Source: TPA_inf: Saccharomyces (lineage: Eukaryota). Taken from it: a stretch of DNA of 64,000 bases. This document shows positions 45,594 through 56,899 of this stretch, in pieces. The stretch's first letter is position 1. Every line of letters starts with the position of its first letter. The position numbers and the translations under genes are program-made. The notes under the pieces are model-generated. The model worked only from the letters and a program-made list of their open reading frames with translations, had not been told where the DNA came from and searched no databases. The stretch lies in the NCBI GenBank assembly GCA_000146045.2, contig BK006936.2, forward strand, positions 704,001 to 768,000. The letters run 5' to 3'.

Positions 45594-47177
45594 ATGAGTC
45601 TCTCGCAGGTGTCACCTTTACCCCATATCAAGGATGTTGTTTTAGGAGATACAGTAGGCCAAGGCGCATTCGCCTGCGTTAAAAATGCTCATCTTCAAAT
45701 GGATCCCTCCATTATTCTAGCTGTTAAATTCATTCATGTTCCCACTTGCAAAAAAATGGGACTCAGTGACAAGGATATCACAAAAGAGGTTGTTTTGCAA
45801 TCGAAGTGTTCTAAGCATCCTAATGTTTTGAGACTTATCGATTGTAATGTCTCTAAAGAATATATGTGGATAATTCTGGAGATGGCAGATGGTGGTGATC
45901 TATTTGATAAGATTGAGCCTGACGTTGGAGTTGATTCCGACGTGGCCCAATTTTACTTTCAACAGCTCGTTAGTGCTATTAATTATCTGCATGTAGAATG
46001 TGGAGTTGCTCACAGAGACATCAAGCCTGAAAACATCTTACTCGATAAGAACGGAAATCTGAAGCTAGCTGATTTTGGGCTCGCCTCTCAATTTAGGAGG
46101 AAAGATGGTACATTACGTGTATCCATGGATCAAAGGGGTTCTCCACCCTACATGGCTCCTGAAGTATTATATTCTGAAGAGGGTTATTACGCAGATCGAA
46201 CAGATATATGGTCTATTGGCATCCTCTTGTTCGTATTGTTGACTGGTCAAACGCCTTGGGAATTACCTTCATTAGAGAACGAAGATTTCGTCTTTTTTAT
46301 TGAAAATGATGGAAATTTAAACTGGGGACCCTGGTCAAAGATAGAATTTACTCACTTGAACCTACTCCGAAAAATTTTACAACCTGACCCAAATAAGAGG
46401 GTGACATTGAAGGCTTTAAAGTTACATCCTTGGGTATTACGTCGAGCTTCATTTTCTGGGGATGATGGTCTCTGTAATGACCCTGAACTCTTGGCTAAGA
46501 AACTGTTTTCTCACTTAAAAGTCTCACTGAGTAACGAAAATTATTTGAAATTCACTCAAGATACAAACTCTAATAATAGGTACATTTCTACTCAGCCAAT
46601 TGGTAACGAATTGGCTGAGCTTGAACACGACTCAATGCATTTCCAGACAGTTTCGAATACACAACGTGCATTTACCTCGTATGATTCAAATACGAACTAT
46701 AATAGCGGAACAGGTATGACACAAGAGGCTAAGTGGACGCAATTCATAAGCTATGATATCGCTGCCTTACAGTTTCATTCTGATGAAAATGATTGTAATG
46801 AATTAGTAAAACGACATTTACAATTTAATCCGAATAAACTTACCAAGTTCTACACGTTGCAACCTATGGATGTTTTGTTACCGATTTTGGAGAAAGCCTT
46901 GAATTTATCACAAATTAGAGTAAAACCCGACCTTTTTGCGAATTTTGAAAGATTGTGCGAATTATTGGGTTATGATAACGTTTTCCCACTTATTATAAAT
47001 ATTAAAACCAAAAGTAATGGGGGTTATCAATTATGCGGTAGCATTTCCATCATAAAGATTGAAGAAGAGTTGAAAAGTGTCGGATTTGAAAGAAAAACTG
47101 GTGATCCTTTAGAATGGAGAAGATTGTTCAAGAAAATTTCAACTATCTGTAGGGATATTATCCTAATTCCCAACTGA
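45594..47177 (+). CDS. CHK1: Ser/Thr protein kinase, DNA-damage checkpoint effector kinase Chk1, 527 aa
   Basis: Kinase subdomains (GQGAFACV, VAHRDIKPEN, DFGLAS, PPYMAPE) and a C-terminal regulatory domain. 527 aa as YBR274W. Confidence 0.9.
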   Translation: MSLSQVSPLPHIKDVVLGDTVGQGAFACVKNAHLQMDPSIILAVKFIHVPTCKKMGLSDKDITKEVVLQSKCSKHPNVLRLIDCNVSKEYMWIILEMADGGDLFDKIEPDVGVDSDVAQFYFQQLVSAINYLHVECGVAHRDIKPENILLDKNGNLKLADFGLASQFRRKDGTLRVSMDQRGSPPYMAPEVLYSEEGYYADRTDIWSIGILLFVLLTGQTPWELPSLENEDFVFFIENDGNLNWGPWSKIEFTHLNLLRKILQPDPNKRVTLKALKLHPWVLRRASFSGDDGLCNDPELLAKKLFSHLKVSLSNENYLKFTQDTNSNNRYISTQPIGNELAELEHDSMHFQTVSNTQRAFTSYDSNTNYNSGTGMTQEAKWTQFISYDIAALQFHSDENDCNELVKRHLQFNPNKLTKFYTLQPMDVLLPILEKALNLSQIRVKPDLFANFERLCELLGYDNVFPLIINIKTKSNGGYQLCGSISIIKIEEELKSVGFERKTGDPLEWRRLFKKISTICRDIILIPN

Positions 47178-47355
47178 AAAAAATGGAGACAAAAGAAGGG
47201 TTAAGATGCACTGATCAAAAAAAAAAAAAAATTCTTTCTACTTATTATATATCTCTCTCGATTTCTAGTGTGTCATCGTAACTATATATTGTTTCGAGAG
47301 ATTTTATTATTGTAATTAATTTATTGCCATTTTGATCTATTCTACATACTAACAA

Positions 47356-50300
47356 TCAATTCATATCATTATCCCTGTTTGAGTAATATTCGAGCCTCAT
47401 CATAAAATCTAATAATTCAATTCTCAAGTTTCTTCTTTCTTCCACAGATATTCCGTTCAAGTCGCCCGGTGTGAACCCTCTCAATCTGGCCACTAACCTT
47501 CTCGACTTTTTTGAAAAAAAGTGCACTTTTAATGAAGGTGTGGCTTCCCTAGATGTAGCATCTTCGTTACCATCTCCCCCCAACAAAGGTTCGCCATCTG
47601 CTTCTGTGTGGGCTTGGCCTAATTGAATTTCATGGTGTTTTTCTTTTCCACCAATTGTTTTTGGTACGGTGTCTAAGCCATTCTGCGCGTTGATATTTGT
47701 ATTTTCTGTCATTCGAGGAGGTGAATCTGGTGGCATTAACTCATTCCTTTGCAATCTCTTTTTCAATTTCTCTTTTATTTGGCTCTTTGACCCTTGCATT
47801 TTCAAAGAATTGAAAATGGGTATACGAATTTCTGGTAACACTGAAATATCAGCAACTTCGGGTTGTTCTTCTAGACCTGTCTCTTTAGATACCGCATGTT
47901 CCATTGATTTTAAAAAGCCCTCATCTCTGACATTTTCTTCAACAGGTACAAAATCGTCATTAATATTGGCATCCTTATCTCCTTTAAGCGGTCCCTTCAA
48001 ATTTTTATTAAGTTCGCATGTTCCACTATCTTCTAAGCGTACATTGATACCTTCTTCGGTCATAACAACTTCCCTAGATTCTTCTTCAGTGCCTTGAATG
48101 GGTGTGCTGTCCATCCTGTCATTATTTTTGTTTCTACTGTTTATTGCACCCACTTGATGTTTCTCTTGCGCAACCGTTCCATGTTCATCTTCATCACTAC
48201 GCAAGTCATCAACTTTTGATTTTTCTGTCTGCTTTGAACTATTGAGAAGTATAGTCCCACTCGGGATCTGAATGCCGTCTCCTGGCACCTCATTCCTTAC
48301 TGGAGAGGCTTGTTCAACATTACAAGCATAATCGTTGTTTTCACCCTCATTATTAGGACGGGCTTTCTTCACGCTCTTGTACTGTGCAATATTGTCTTGC
48401 GTAAAACTTTTACTGTTGATTTTATTCATACTTTCCTGGTTCTCCTGTCTTTGAACATGTTCAACTTGCCCTTTTCCATCTTCCTTTGTTATGGTTTGCT
48501 GGTCAAGATCTAAAGTGACATTCAAGGAATTTTCATTACAGTTTGTTTCCACTTTTATGCTATTCCTTAAAGCTAACGAAGATTCTTCGTTGGCTATACT
48601 CTTGATGTTAGTACATATAACGTCACTGCTAGGCGACACCGCTTGTTCCTCAGAAACTAAAACGTCCACCATCGTTTCATGACCTTTCGATCTTTTATTT
48701 TCAGAGGTAGGCGTCTCTTTGGAAGGTCGTTTTAGAGGATTATCACTGTTAACAACGTTATGATCAGGATTCGTTTTGATAGATCTATTTGTTACCGCCT
48801 TCAGTTCGCTAGTGAGAACTTCTATCGGTTGGTATGCGTTCACTTCCGAGGATTGTGTATCAATACTTTCATGCAGCTCAGTAACATCCACCTCATCGCT
48901 TTTAGTAGAACAAATGTTGCTATGATTGGCCACGTTTTTATCTAACTGCGTACTCTTCATCTGCTGATCTATTTCTCTAATGCTTTCATTATCCACTTCC
49001 TCTAGTGTTTCATCATCAATTGATCTGCTTCGGTTAGCATGTGATTCTTGCTGTGAAGAATTCATTATTGCAGTATTTTTAAGCGATATTGAATCTGAAT
49101 CTTTCGCACTAATCTGGGAAGATATTTGAATTGAGGAGGGAGGCTCTTTCATTCCCTGCGTAGCCGGAACCTGGATATCTTGAGAATCCACTTTTCTCTG
49201 TAAGTTTGAAAGTTTATTTTCACTCCCTTCGCATGGAATATACATCGACTTAGTGTCAGGTATAGCTTCAATTTCCTTACTTGAGTCCCCTTGATGAACC
49301 ACGCCCGATTCCTGTATCCACTTTCCTATTGTCTTTAATGTTGCATTATAGGTTCTCTTATCTTTAAACTTACGATTATGTGATTTGATGAGGTCAATCA
49401 ACAGATTAACCATATCAATAGTTTGATAGTTAGGGTTTGGCGGTAATATACTAATTAACATGGAAAAAAATTTTTTGGCGGCACTTCTAGAAAGCGGTTT
49501 AGTGAGATATAATAAGACTAATTCACGGAGCATATTTGTACTCTTTTTGTGTTTTTGCATATTAGAGCTAACTGGATTTAAGAAGAAAACTAAAAGTGGC
49601 TCCTTTAATTTTTCCAAAATTTGGATCTCTTTTTGTATAATAATCTTTTCAAGCAACTCCAATATATAATCATCATCTCCATTTTCAATTTTTTCAATAA
49701 CTGCTGCCAGTAACTTCCCATTAGGCTTCTCCTTATACGTCAGTAATTTTAACAGTAGCTCTGGACTTATTTTGAAAAGAACTTCGCTGGTCATATTTCC
49801 GCAAAATTCATCCAAATGATCCGCCATATTATTCTTTATGCAAAAATTCAATAGGCCACTGAATAATGGTTCAATGGGATTTGCCATCGCCAGATGAAGG
49901 AGTTCTCTGATTATTTCTGATTTTTCTAACTCGCTATCAGACGCATTTTGTAAAACGTTCTCGATTTCTGAAAAATTTTGATTTAGCTGTTCAAGTTGTT
50001 GACCCTTCAACAGCCAACGAACTAATGTAAGCTGTTCGGAGCACTTGAATAGTTTTATGTTTGCTGCAAAATATGAAGCTCTGCTACGTGGTAACAGCTT
50101 CAATAGGAGATCTGAATTTAGATCAGGGATGGAATTTAGTAAATTTGGATTGGAATGAATACAGTACTCCAAAATATCCATAAATTTGTTACGCCTTAAA
50201 AATGGGAGCAGACCGGAAAACAGTTCAGGATTCCCTGGTAAAGAAGTTTTTAACAGCGTGATCAGATCCACGTTTAATTTGTTTTCATTTTTTGAAACAT

Positions 50301-53106
50301 AGCTTTGAATGAAATAAATAAAATTATTGTTCGACCACATAGACACATGAAGTAGTGTAAACAAATTAACTGGAAAGCTGAGCTTCAAACATAGGTCCAA
50401 GAAATTTTCAATGGAATTTTCATTCGGAACTTTGTTCACAATATTCGCCAAACTCTGAAATTCTCTGAAAGATATATTTGGTGGTAATAACGTTGATCCA
50501 ACCCAATTTTGGGCATATACTTCTGTTTTCTTATCATCCAATTCTAGAAACTTTTCTATTATCAGAAATTCAGATGTTTCGTTTCGAGCTTTCCTGATAA
50601 CATCTTTTAAAAGATCAAGGGTCATGTTTCCTTGCGAAATACCAACTTTGGAAATTTGGATATTGAAATTTACTAATGATGAATCATTCTTTCTTAAAAA
50701 CAGGTCCAAAAATGTATAAACAAACGATGAAGTAACAGCACCAAAAAAGTCACGAAAAATGGGTGTATCTTTGTTGTTTTGCGTGACTTTTAATATAAGA
50801 CTGCTAAAGGATTCTAAATGAGTTTGGTCCTTTCTATCCTCTGGAAGATGCTTCAAAGATGTAAGGATCAGATCATGAGCCAAATTAACGTTAGAAATGG
50901 CTACTTCAACAGCCTGGAACACAACTTTCATGATTTTATCGTATTCACGCTTGATGATCTGCGGGGGCAGGCTTGAAATGTCTTTTAACTTTACACCTTC
51001 TGAGGCTATAACACTCATTGGGTGAATATGCTTTTTATATTTTCTTTCCAATGCAACATCTGCATTCTTTCCCCCAATTAACAAATGCAAAACTGTGAAG
51101 AGTACATTTTGCAAGTGAATCGAATCATATTTGAAAACATAATCTTCATAAATCGGGGTTATTAGGTGGTCCCAAAATAGTTCAAACATATCTGTTGACA
51201 AATTCTTATTACTTGTAAATGCAGTGTAAACAACACCTAAAAGGTGGTAGATGATCCCTTCTCTAGCGCTTGGATCATTCACATAAGGAAGCGTCATTTG
51301 AAAAGGGGTTCGTAAAAGTGACAGTAAACTTTTGTTTCCTTCCTGATTTTTCTGTGATATTTTCGTGCATATGCAGTAGGTAATAATTCTCCAAACTTTG
51401 ATGGACATTAAGCGAGTCTTGGGGTGATTATTGATAAAGCACAGGTTATTTAAATCAAACCAAACTTTGTTAGATTCTGATGTCAAATCATAAACTCTCT
51501 TTCCGCTATCGTATAGTAATCCGGTCATTGAAAGCCACAAATCCATTGCTATTTTATTGTCATTTTTGACCACAATATAGTTTTTTATCTGCTGTGTAAG
51601 AAGATGACCAATTGTCACTTTATCTAAATTAGCGCTGTCATATGAATTTAACGGTAGTTTAGATAAAAATTTTTCCGGGATTGTTTCGCATACTGGAGAT
51701 AGCATGATACACTGGTAAATCCTTTCATGTTCATCAACAAAATCTAAGCATTTTTTTAGTAGTTCCAGTAAAACAACTATTGAAGTTATGAGAATTTTCA
51801 TGGAGTAAATTTCATCTCCGATAATAATCCTAGGTAGTACCTCACCTGGTAACCAAGAAGTTACCGTCTCAATCATTAATTTTGGATACTTGCTCAAAAA
51901 TCCCCTTATAAGTAGCAATTTTTCATATATTAGGTTGTGACTATTGATTTCCATTATTTCAGTGAAAGTGCTAATGATAGGTTTAATTTCTTCGTTGCTC
52001 AAGAAAAAAGTACCAAATTTTTCGTCTCTCAAGAAAGAGACTTGTGCTGTTATGATTATCTTGTTTGAATTTTCATTTCTTAGCGCACCGGTGGTCCACC
52101 TGTAAATAACTTTTAACTTATTAACCAAATCTGGCCTTTTCGTTAGCCACTTAACGATTTTGAAATTAGACATAATAGCACTGAAGAATCGAACTATTTG
52201 AACATATAGTCTGATTACAAATGGATTTTTTTTTTCACTACTACTTAATAATGTGTCCTGTGCTATTTGTAGATGCGGTATGCATATTTCAATGATACTT
52301 TCTATATTCACAATTAGAATATTGAATTTCTGATCAACCTCGTTAACATTTTTAGTGGTTAGAATGGGTATAATATTATTAAAGGTTGCGTATACCTCAA
52401 ACCTCCTCGCGACGTAATCTTCAGATTCTTGTCGCAAGATGCCCAATCCGCCCTCAATAATTTCTTTAAACTCCGAAACACTTTCATTATCAACTAAACC
52501 ATGGATCTCACCACTCACCCAATACTCTAAGGCGCGAGGATTTACCCTTGTTTCCTTATAAGGTGATGTGAAAATATTACCGTTGTGTAATTTGTGTTGG
52601 GTATATTGGAGTTTATTGTAACTCAAGTCGCTTACAGTCCTCACTGAAGGCAACCTATTCCTCAAAATTGATTTTCCTGGTTTGCTTGATGGAGAGGGTT
52701 TAGGTGAGGAACCTGGTATGCGGTAAATCGGTGATGATTCTATCCTATCAGAAAAAGCTACACTTTTTGTAACCGGTGATACATTATCACTATTAGAGGC
52801 AGACAACTCTGGAAGACTTTGCATTAGCCTGCTTCCTGTATCTTCTGGATATAAATTCTTGTTAATAGCTGATAAATCAAATTGTTTATTCTCGCAATCA
52901 CTTGAAGACGCTAGCTTTCGCCTCTTTGGCGTTGGCGATAGATCGCTTTGTATATGCATATGAGCTTGTGGAGATGGAGGTGGCAAGTTAGTTTTCATCC
53001 ACGGAGAGCTTCCATTGGAATAATTATCGTGTTGAGACCTACGGAGGATATGCTGATCAATTCGATCTATCGTATGTTTCTTTTTATCTGAAAAATCTTT
53101 CGACAT
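47356..53106 (-). CDS. RIF1: Rap1-interacting factor 1 (telomere length / replication timing regulator), about 1916 aa from Met-13 of the 1928-aa track ORF
   Basis: Very long ORF at the position of YBR275C. The N-terminal region contains a KSVAF-like PP1-docking motif (KSVAFSDRIESSP). Confidence 0.8.
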   Translation of the reverse strand: MSKDFSDKKKHTIDRIDQHILRRSQHDNYSNGSSPWMKTNLPPPSPQAHMHIQSDLSPTPKRRKLASSSDCENKQFDLSAINKNLYPEDTGSRLMQSLPELSASNSDNVSPVTKSVAFSDRIESSPIYRIPGSSPKPSPSSKPGKSILRNRLPSVRTVSDLSYNKLQYTQHKLHNGNIFTSPYKETRVNPRALEYWVSGEIHGLVDNESVSEFKEIIEGGLGILRQESEDYVARRFEVYATFNNIIPILTTKNVNEVDQKFNILIVNIESIIEICIPHLQIAQDTLLSSSEKKNPFVIRLYVQIVRFFSAIMSNFKIVKWLTKRPDLVNKLKVIYRWTTGALRNENSNKIIITAQVSFLRDEKFGTFFLSNEEIKPIISTFTEIMEINSHNLIYEKLLLIRGFLSKYPKLMIETVTSWLPGEVLPRIIIGDEIYSMKILITSIVVLLELLKKCLDFVDEHERIYQCIMLSPVCETIPEKFLSKLPLNSYDSANLDKVTIGHLLTQQIKNYIVVKNDNKIAMDLWLSMTGLLYDSGKRVYDLTSESNKVWFDLNNLCFINNHPKTRLMSIKVWRIITYCICTKISQKNQEGNKSLLSLLRTPFQMTLPYVNDPSAREGIIYHLLGVVYTAFTSNKNLSTDMFELFWDHLITPIYEDYVFKYDSIHLQNVLFTVLHLLIGGKNADVALERKYKKHIHPMSVIASEGVKLKDISSLPPQIIKREYDKIMKVVFQAVEVAISNVNLAHDLILTSLKHLPEDRKDQTHLESFSSLILKVTQNNKDTPIFRDFFGAVTSSFVYTFLDLFLRKNDSSLVNFNIQISKVGISQGNMTLDLLKDVIRKARNETSEFLIIEKFLELDDKKTEVYAQNWVGSTLLPPNISFREFQSLANIVNKVPNENSIENFLDLCLKLSFPVNLFTLLHVSMWSNNNFIYFIQSYVSKNENKLNVDLITLLKTSLPGNPELFSGLLPFLRRNKFMDILEYCIHSNPNLLNSIPDLNSDLLLKLLPRSRASYFAANIKLFKCSEQLTLVRWLLKGQQLEQLNQNFSEIENVLQNASDSELEKSEIIRELLHLAMANPIEPLFSGLLNFCIKNNMADHLDEFCGNMTSEVLFKISPELLLKLLTYKEKPNGKLLAAVIEKIENGDDDYILELLEKIIIQKEIQILEKLKEPLLVFFLNPVSSNMQKHKKSTNMLRELVLLYLTKPLSRSAAKKFFSMLISILPPNPNYQTIDMVNLLIDLIKSHNRKFKDKRTYNATLKTIGKWIQESGVVHQGDSSKEIEAIPDTKSMYIPCEGSENKLSNLQRKVDSQDIQVPATQGMKEPPSSIQISSQISAKDSDSISLKNTAIMNSSQQESHANRSRSIDDETLEEVDNESIREIDQQMKSTQLDKNVANHSNICSTKSDEVDVTELHESIDTQSSEVNAYQPIEVLTSELKAVTNRSIKTNPDHNVVNSDNPLKRPSKETPTSENKRSKGHETMVDVLVSEEQAVSPSSDVICTNIKSIANEESSLALRNSIKVETNCNENSLNVTLDLDQQTITKEDGKGQVEHVQRQENQESMNKINSKSFTQDNIAQYKSVKKARPNNEGENNDYACNVEQASPVRNEVPGDGIQIPSGTILLNSSKQTEKSKVDDLRSDEDEHGTVAQEKHQVGAINSRNKNNDRMDSTPIQGTEEESREVVMTEEGINVRLEDSGTCELNKNLKGPLKGDKDANINDDFVPVEENVRDEGFLKSMEHAVSKETGLEEQPEVADISVLPEIRIPIFNSLKMQGSKSQIKEKLKKRLQRNELMPPDSPPRMTENTNINAQNGLDTVPKTIGGKEKHHEIQLGQAHTEADGEPLLGGDGNEDATSREATPSLKVHFFSKKSRRLVARLRGFTPGDLNGISVEERRNLRIELLDFMMRLEYYSNRDNDMN

Positions 53107-53292
53107 TGCAAATTGACCACAAAAACGATTTTGCAATGGCAATCCTGTAATAACGTTGACGAATATATATATATATATTCACTTTTATCTCCTTAGGTAC
53201 TGATGCCGACGAATTGCCTCAAATCGCTCTAAGACTGCGTTATTACTTTCGATCTTCTTGCTAACGATGAGTCGCCAATAAATAAAAAATCG

Positions 53293-53298
53293 ACGCGT
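53293..53298. promoter_or_regulatory. MluI cell-cycle box (MCB) ACGCGT within the palindrome GACGCGTC, about 190 bp upstream of the RIF1 ATG
   Basis: Exact ACGCGT read from the sequence (aatcGACGCGTCggtc). It is the MBF-binding core. Confidence 0.4.
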
Positions 53299-53619
53299 CG
53301 GTCAATTATAGTAACTTCTATTATTGTAGTAAATATGACATAAGAGGAAAAACACAAAGAACTGAAAATCAAAATGGCACTAATCACCTGCCTTCTGTTG
53401 ACTTCTTGTTTCTTATCAAAAGTAGAGTATATTCACGATGTAAATCTAAGATAGCTGTCCTTACTATATAAATATTTGCTGCGGCCCTTTTTTAACGATT
53501 TGTAAAGGATTACAGCAGTTCGTTATACTTGGCTGATAGCGTTAATTTTGCATACTTTTCTTATAATTGGTAATTTTCCTACGTATTATACAGTTGTACG
53601 TATACTTATATAACAAAGT

Positions 53620-56043
53620 TCATGTGTACTTCATATTAACCTCAGCGATACCCCTACAGATGATGTGCCAATCCATAGTTTTGTCTTTTTCGCGATTATA
53701 ATGCTTTTTCCACCATTTGAAGAGCTCATATACGAAGAACAAGTTTGGTTGAATGATAACATTAAGCCTCCGTACCCTCACAAACAAATACGCACTTGCC
53801 AGGTCACACTGGAGATATCTCATACATTCAGCTATACAAACTGTTGCAGATCTGGAGACTCCGACCATACAATGCACCAGAACTTTCCCTCCTGTTGCTT
53901 CGGAATTGCTAATAAAATCCAAAACTTTGTCTATTTGGTGGAAAAGCGGATCTTTGCCGTTGTCATCTAGATTTTCGATCTGGCAAATTTGAAATCCAGA
54001 ATTTTCACTTATTACTACGTTGCTGCCATTTTCTTGCTTATCGCTGACCACAGTATCAGCTCTATTTCTGCTTTTATTACATGTAGTATTACCTGCAACT
54101 TCATTGGTATTCGTCATAGTTATTGCACGATGTGGCCTTACAGGATGAGCAATTTTATCCTTATTCAATGTCCATGAAACAACTTCACCGACAGAAACTA
54201 TATGCGTAATTCCTAGAGACTTAAGTAAGGCAGGATTTTGTGCATGATCCAGGGATCCCAAATACAAGTGACGTAGAATCCGGGATGGCAGTGGGCCCTT
54301 CAAATTAACGAAATTAGACTCAAGAGGAATCTTCATAAAAAATATGCTACTAAAAAGCTCTGAAGAAATGTGTAATTGAAAGCTTTTATCCCTAAATTTC
54401 AATGCATTGGCATATAATTTTAGATTACTTCCATTCTGCGGACTAAACTCCCGCAGGACAGGTTGTAAATGGCCTAAAATTTGCAAGTCTGATGGAAAAA
54501 GGAAAAATGGTCTTGGATGGATCCTCAAAAGAGCGTCTTGTAACGGAATATTAAAGTGGAATATAATATAAGCTGTTAATAATAATGACGTTTCTGTATA
54601 TCCGTCTTCGCAATACATGAACGTCAATAATTCTTGAACTTGGGATACTTGAAATATTAAATAACAAACATTCAAAAGAATTTCCACAGACTGAATGTTT
54701 AAGTTCCCCAAACCTATACTACCTGAGGCAGGGAAAGTCAAATGCAAATGCTCTTGTGATTTTGACGCATCATCGTCTAATAAAAGATCTAGATATGTTC
54801 GGATTTTCGTTAACGACGGCATTTGCGAGTTTGACGTACATTTTATGATCAATTTCCACACCTCTTTTGTATTCGGTATGTTATACAGTTGAGAAATGGA
54901 GGTTGTCGGATTGTCCGTATCATAATTTAGAGACTTTAAATTTACTATGCTTGTATTCTCTTCGAAACGGTGGGTCAGAGATATATTGTTTTTTTTAATT
55001 ATTTGATAATTATGCCAATCAGTGGTGTTACCGCAAATCAACCCTGTTTCCTCCAATCGTGTAGCTGAAGTCAGCTTATTCAACTCTAACTTCTCGCACA
55101 AAACCATATTCTTATCAACGTTATTGAAACACACTATTTCACTAGGTGACGAACATAAATTCAAGGGAGTATTATTCTTGAAAAATTCGTTGTCTAATAA
55201 AGGTGTACCAATCAAAGTTTGAGGTATATCTGTATTGAAATTCTGATAAGTGCAAATAAAAAGATTCGTCTTGTAAAGCGATCCTCCACTCCCTACATAA
55301 CCCTTTTGAACAAACATTAAACAGATCTGTAAAAGTAGTGCAAGGGTTGTACAATTGGGGCAATTTCCCTCGTGTGAGCACGCTGGCGCTGATTCTGTTT
55401 GCATATCAGTGCTGCCACCAGTCCGCGAACAATAAATTACTATATTATCAACCATTTCTATCATCTTGGCACATTGCAGGTCGAACCTTCGGAATAGACC
55501 TCTCCTTCCCCAGACGTCCTGCCCACTCCGTTTTAGCGTGGTATTAGACCCAACCTTGTTTCTAGAATACCTTTTAAGTTCTAATGATAGTCCACGAGGA
55601 TCTACTTTCAGAAATGGTAAAATGCTATGATTGTGACAATAAGTAGCAGCGTTTTCCAAAGCAACATCATCCACTTGCAATTCCAATTGTCGTATCTGAA
55701 ACTTTAGCAAGTTCAAAAGTTCCTTTGTGTTATTGGGATATTGAAAACCATTAGAATCATTTCCAGTTTCACAGGTATCGCCCTCTCTATGAAAGGAAGT
55801 GCGAACTTTCCAGGACTGGAAGATATCATTCACTTCGAGAGAATTACGCAAAAGCGCAGAATTGTTAGCATCTGATTGCGATTTGACTATTGCAAGAGAA
55901 TGAGGAAAATCGGGTGGTTGACCAAAGGAAATATCATGAGCCCAGGGGAACATTTTTTTACATTCAGGCCATTCTGCATCCTGATGTAGTCGCATAAGAT
56001 CATGCAGTTCACCAGGTGTGATTGAGGGCACTTCCAAAACCAT
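53620..56043 (-). CDS. PPS1: Dual-specificity protein phosphatase, 807 aa
   Basis: The CX5R catalytic loop (VHCMVGVSRSATV) lies near the C-terminus, with a long N-terminal extension. 807 aa as YBR276C. Confidence 0.85.
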   Translation of the reverse strand: MVLEVPSITPGELHDLMRLHQDAEWPECKKMFPWAHDISFGQPPDFPHSLAIVKSQSDANNSALLRNSLEVNDIFQSWKVRTSFHREGDTCETGNDSNGFQYPNNTKELLNLLKFQIRQLELQVDDVALENAATYCHNHSILPFLKVDPRGLSLELKRYSRNKVGSNTTLKRSGQDVWGRRGLFRRFDLQCAKMIEMVDNIVIYCSRTGGSTDMQTESAPACSHEGNCPNCTTLALLLQICLMFVQKGYVGSGGSLYKTNLFICTYQNFNTDIPQTLIGTPLLDNEFFKNNTPLNLCSSPSEIVCFNNVDKNMVLCEKLELNKLTSATRLEETGLICGNTTDWHNYQIIKKNNISLTHRFEENTSIVNLKSLNYDTDNPTTSISQLYNIPNTKEVWKLIIKCTSNSQMPSLTKIRTYLDLLLDDDASKSQEHLHLTFPASGSIGLGNLNIQSVEILLNVCYLIFQVSQVQELLTFMYCEDGYTETSLLLTAYIIFHFNIPLQDALLRIHPRPFFLFPSDLQILGHLQPVLREFSPQNGSNLKLYANALKFRDKSFQLHISSELFSSIFFMKIPLESNFVNLKGPLPSRILRHLYLGSLDHAQNPALLKSLGITHIVSVGEVVSWTLNKDKIAHPVRPHRAITMTNTNEVAGNTTCNKSRNRADTVVSDKQENGSNVVISENSGFQICQIENLDDNGKDPLFHQIDKVLDFISNSEATGGKVLVHCMVGVSRSATVCIAECMRYLQCDLASAYLFVRVRRLNVIIQPNLFFVYELFKWWKKHYNREKDKTMDWHIICRGIAEVNMKYT

Positions 56044-56214
56044 GGTTGTTGCTCTAGTTTTCTATACCCGCCCCTTCTACCTCAATGACAATCTCTCTTT
56101 TATGGTTGGTGTTTCTTTTCACTTTTTTACTTCTTCTTGTACTTTTCTTTTTGAACCTTAAAAACTCTTGCAATTATGTTTCCATGATGCTTTTGAAGTA
56201 ATAATTTATTTTTA

Positions 56215-56616
56215 TTACGCGAAATTAATGGCCTTAACAACTGCCTGCCCCAACAGATAAAAACAAGCAAGGGTCAACCGTGTTGCAAAAAAAATGTCCA
56301 ACTTAGTTAAAGAAAAAGCACCTGTCTTTCCTATATCTAAAGTAAAGAAGATTGCCAAATGCGACCCCGAATACGTAATTACATCTAATGTAGCTATATC
56401 AGCGACCGCATTCGCTGCTGAGTTATTTGTACAGAATCTCGTCGAAGAATCGCTGGTCTTAGCACAACTGAATTCGAAAGGAAAGACAAGCCTACGATTA
56501 AGCCTAAATTCTATAGAAGAATGTGTCGAAAAAAGAGATAATTTCAGGTTTCTAGAGGATGCCATTAAACAACTGAAGAAGAATAGCGCACTCGACAAGA
56601 AGAGAGAACTAAACAT
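56215..56616 (-). CDS. Low-confidence 133-codon ORF overlapping the DPB3 5' region antisense (dubious ORF YBR277C). Probably non-coding.
   Basis: Hydrophobic, low-complexity translation that overlaps a conserved gene on the opposite strand. Confidence 0.12.
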   Translation of the reverse strand: MFSSLFLSSALFFFSCLMASSRNLKLSLFSTHSSIEFRLNRRLVFPFEFSCAKTSDSSTRFCTNNSAANAVADIATLDVITYSGSHLAIFFTLDIGKTGAFSLTKLDIFFATRLTLACFYLLGQAVVKAINFA

Positions 56617-56899
56617 GCAACCGGGTCGGAGCGATCAAGAGGTTGTTATAGAAGAGCCTGAATTGCATGAGGATGATGGTGTAGAGGAAGAAGAAGAAGA
56701 AGACGAGGTATCCGAAGAAGAAGAGCCCGTACACAATGAAGAACTTCTTGATGATAGTAAAGATCAACAAAATGATAAATCCACGCGCAGTGTGGCAAGC
56801 TTGCTGTCGAGATTCCAGTATAAATCCGCACTAGACGTAGGAGAACACTCCGACTCTTCTGATATCGAAGTTGACCATACGAAAAGCACCGATCCTTAG
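56294..56899 (+). CDS. DPB3: DNA polymerase epsilon non-catalytic subunit with a histone-fold (NF-YC/CBF-like) and an acidic C-terminal tail, 201 aa
   Basis: The histone-fold region (FPISKVKKIAKCDPEYVITSNVAISATAFAAELFVQNLVEES) is followed by an E/D-rich tail. 201 aa as YBR278W. Confidence 0.85.
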   Translation: MSNLVKEKAPVFPISKVKKIAKCDPEYVITSNVAISATAFAAELFVQNLVEESLVLAQLNSKGKTSLRLSLNSIEECVEKRDNFRFLEDAIKQLKKNSALDKKRELNMQPGRSDQEVVIEEPELHEDDGVEEEEEEDEVSEEEEPVHNEELLDDSKDQQNDKSTRSVASLLSRFQYKSALDVGEHSDSSDIEVDHTKSTDP

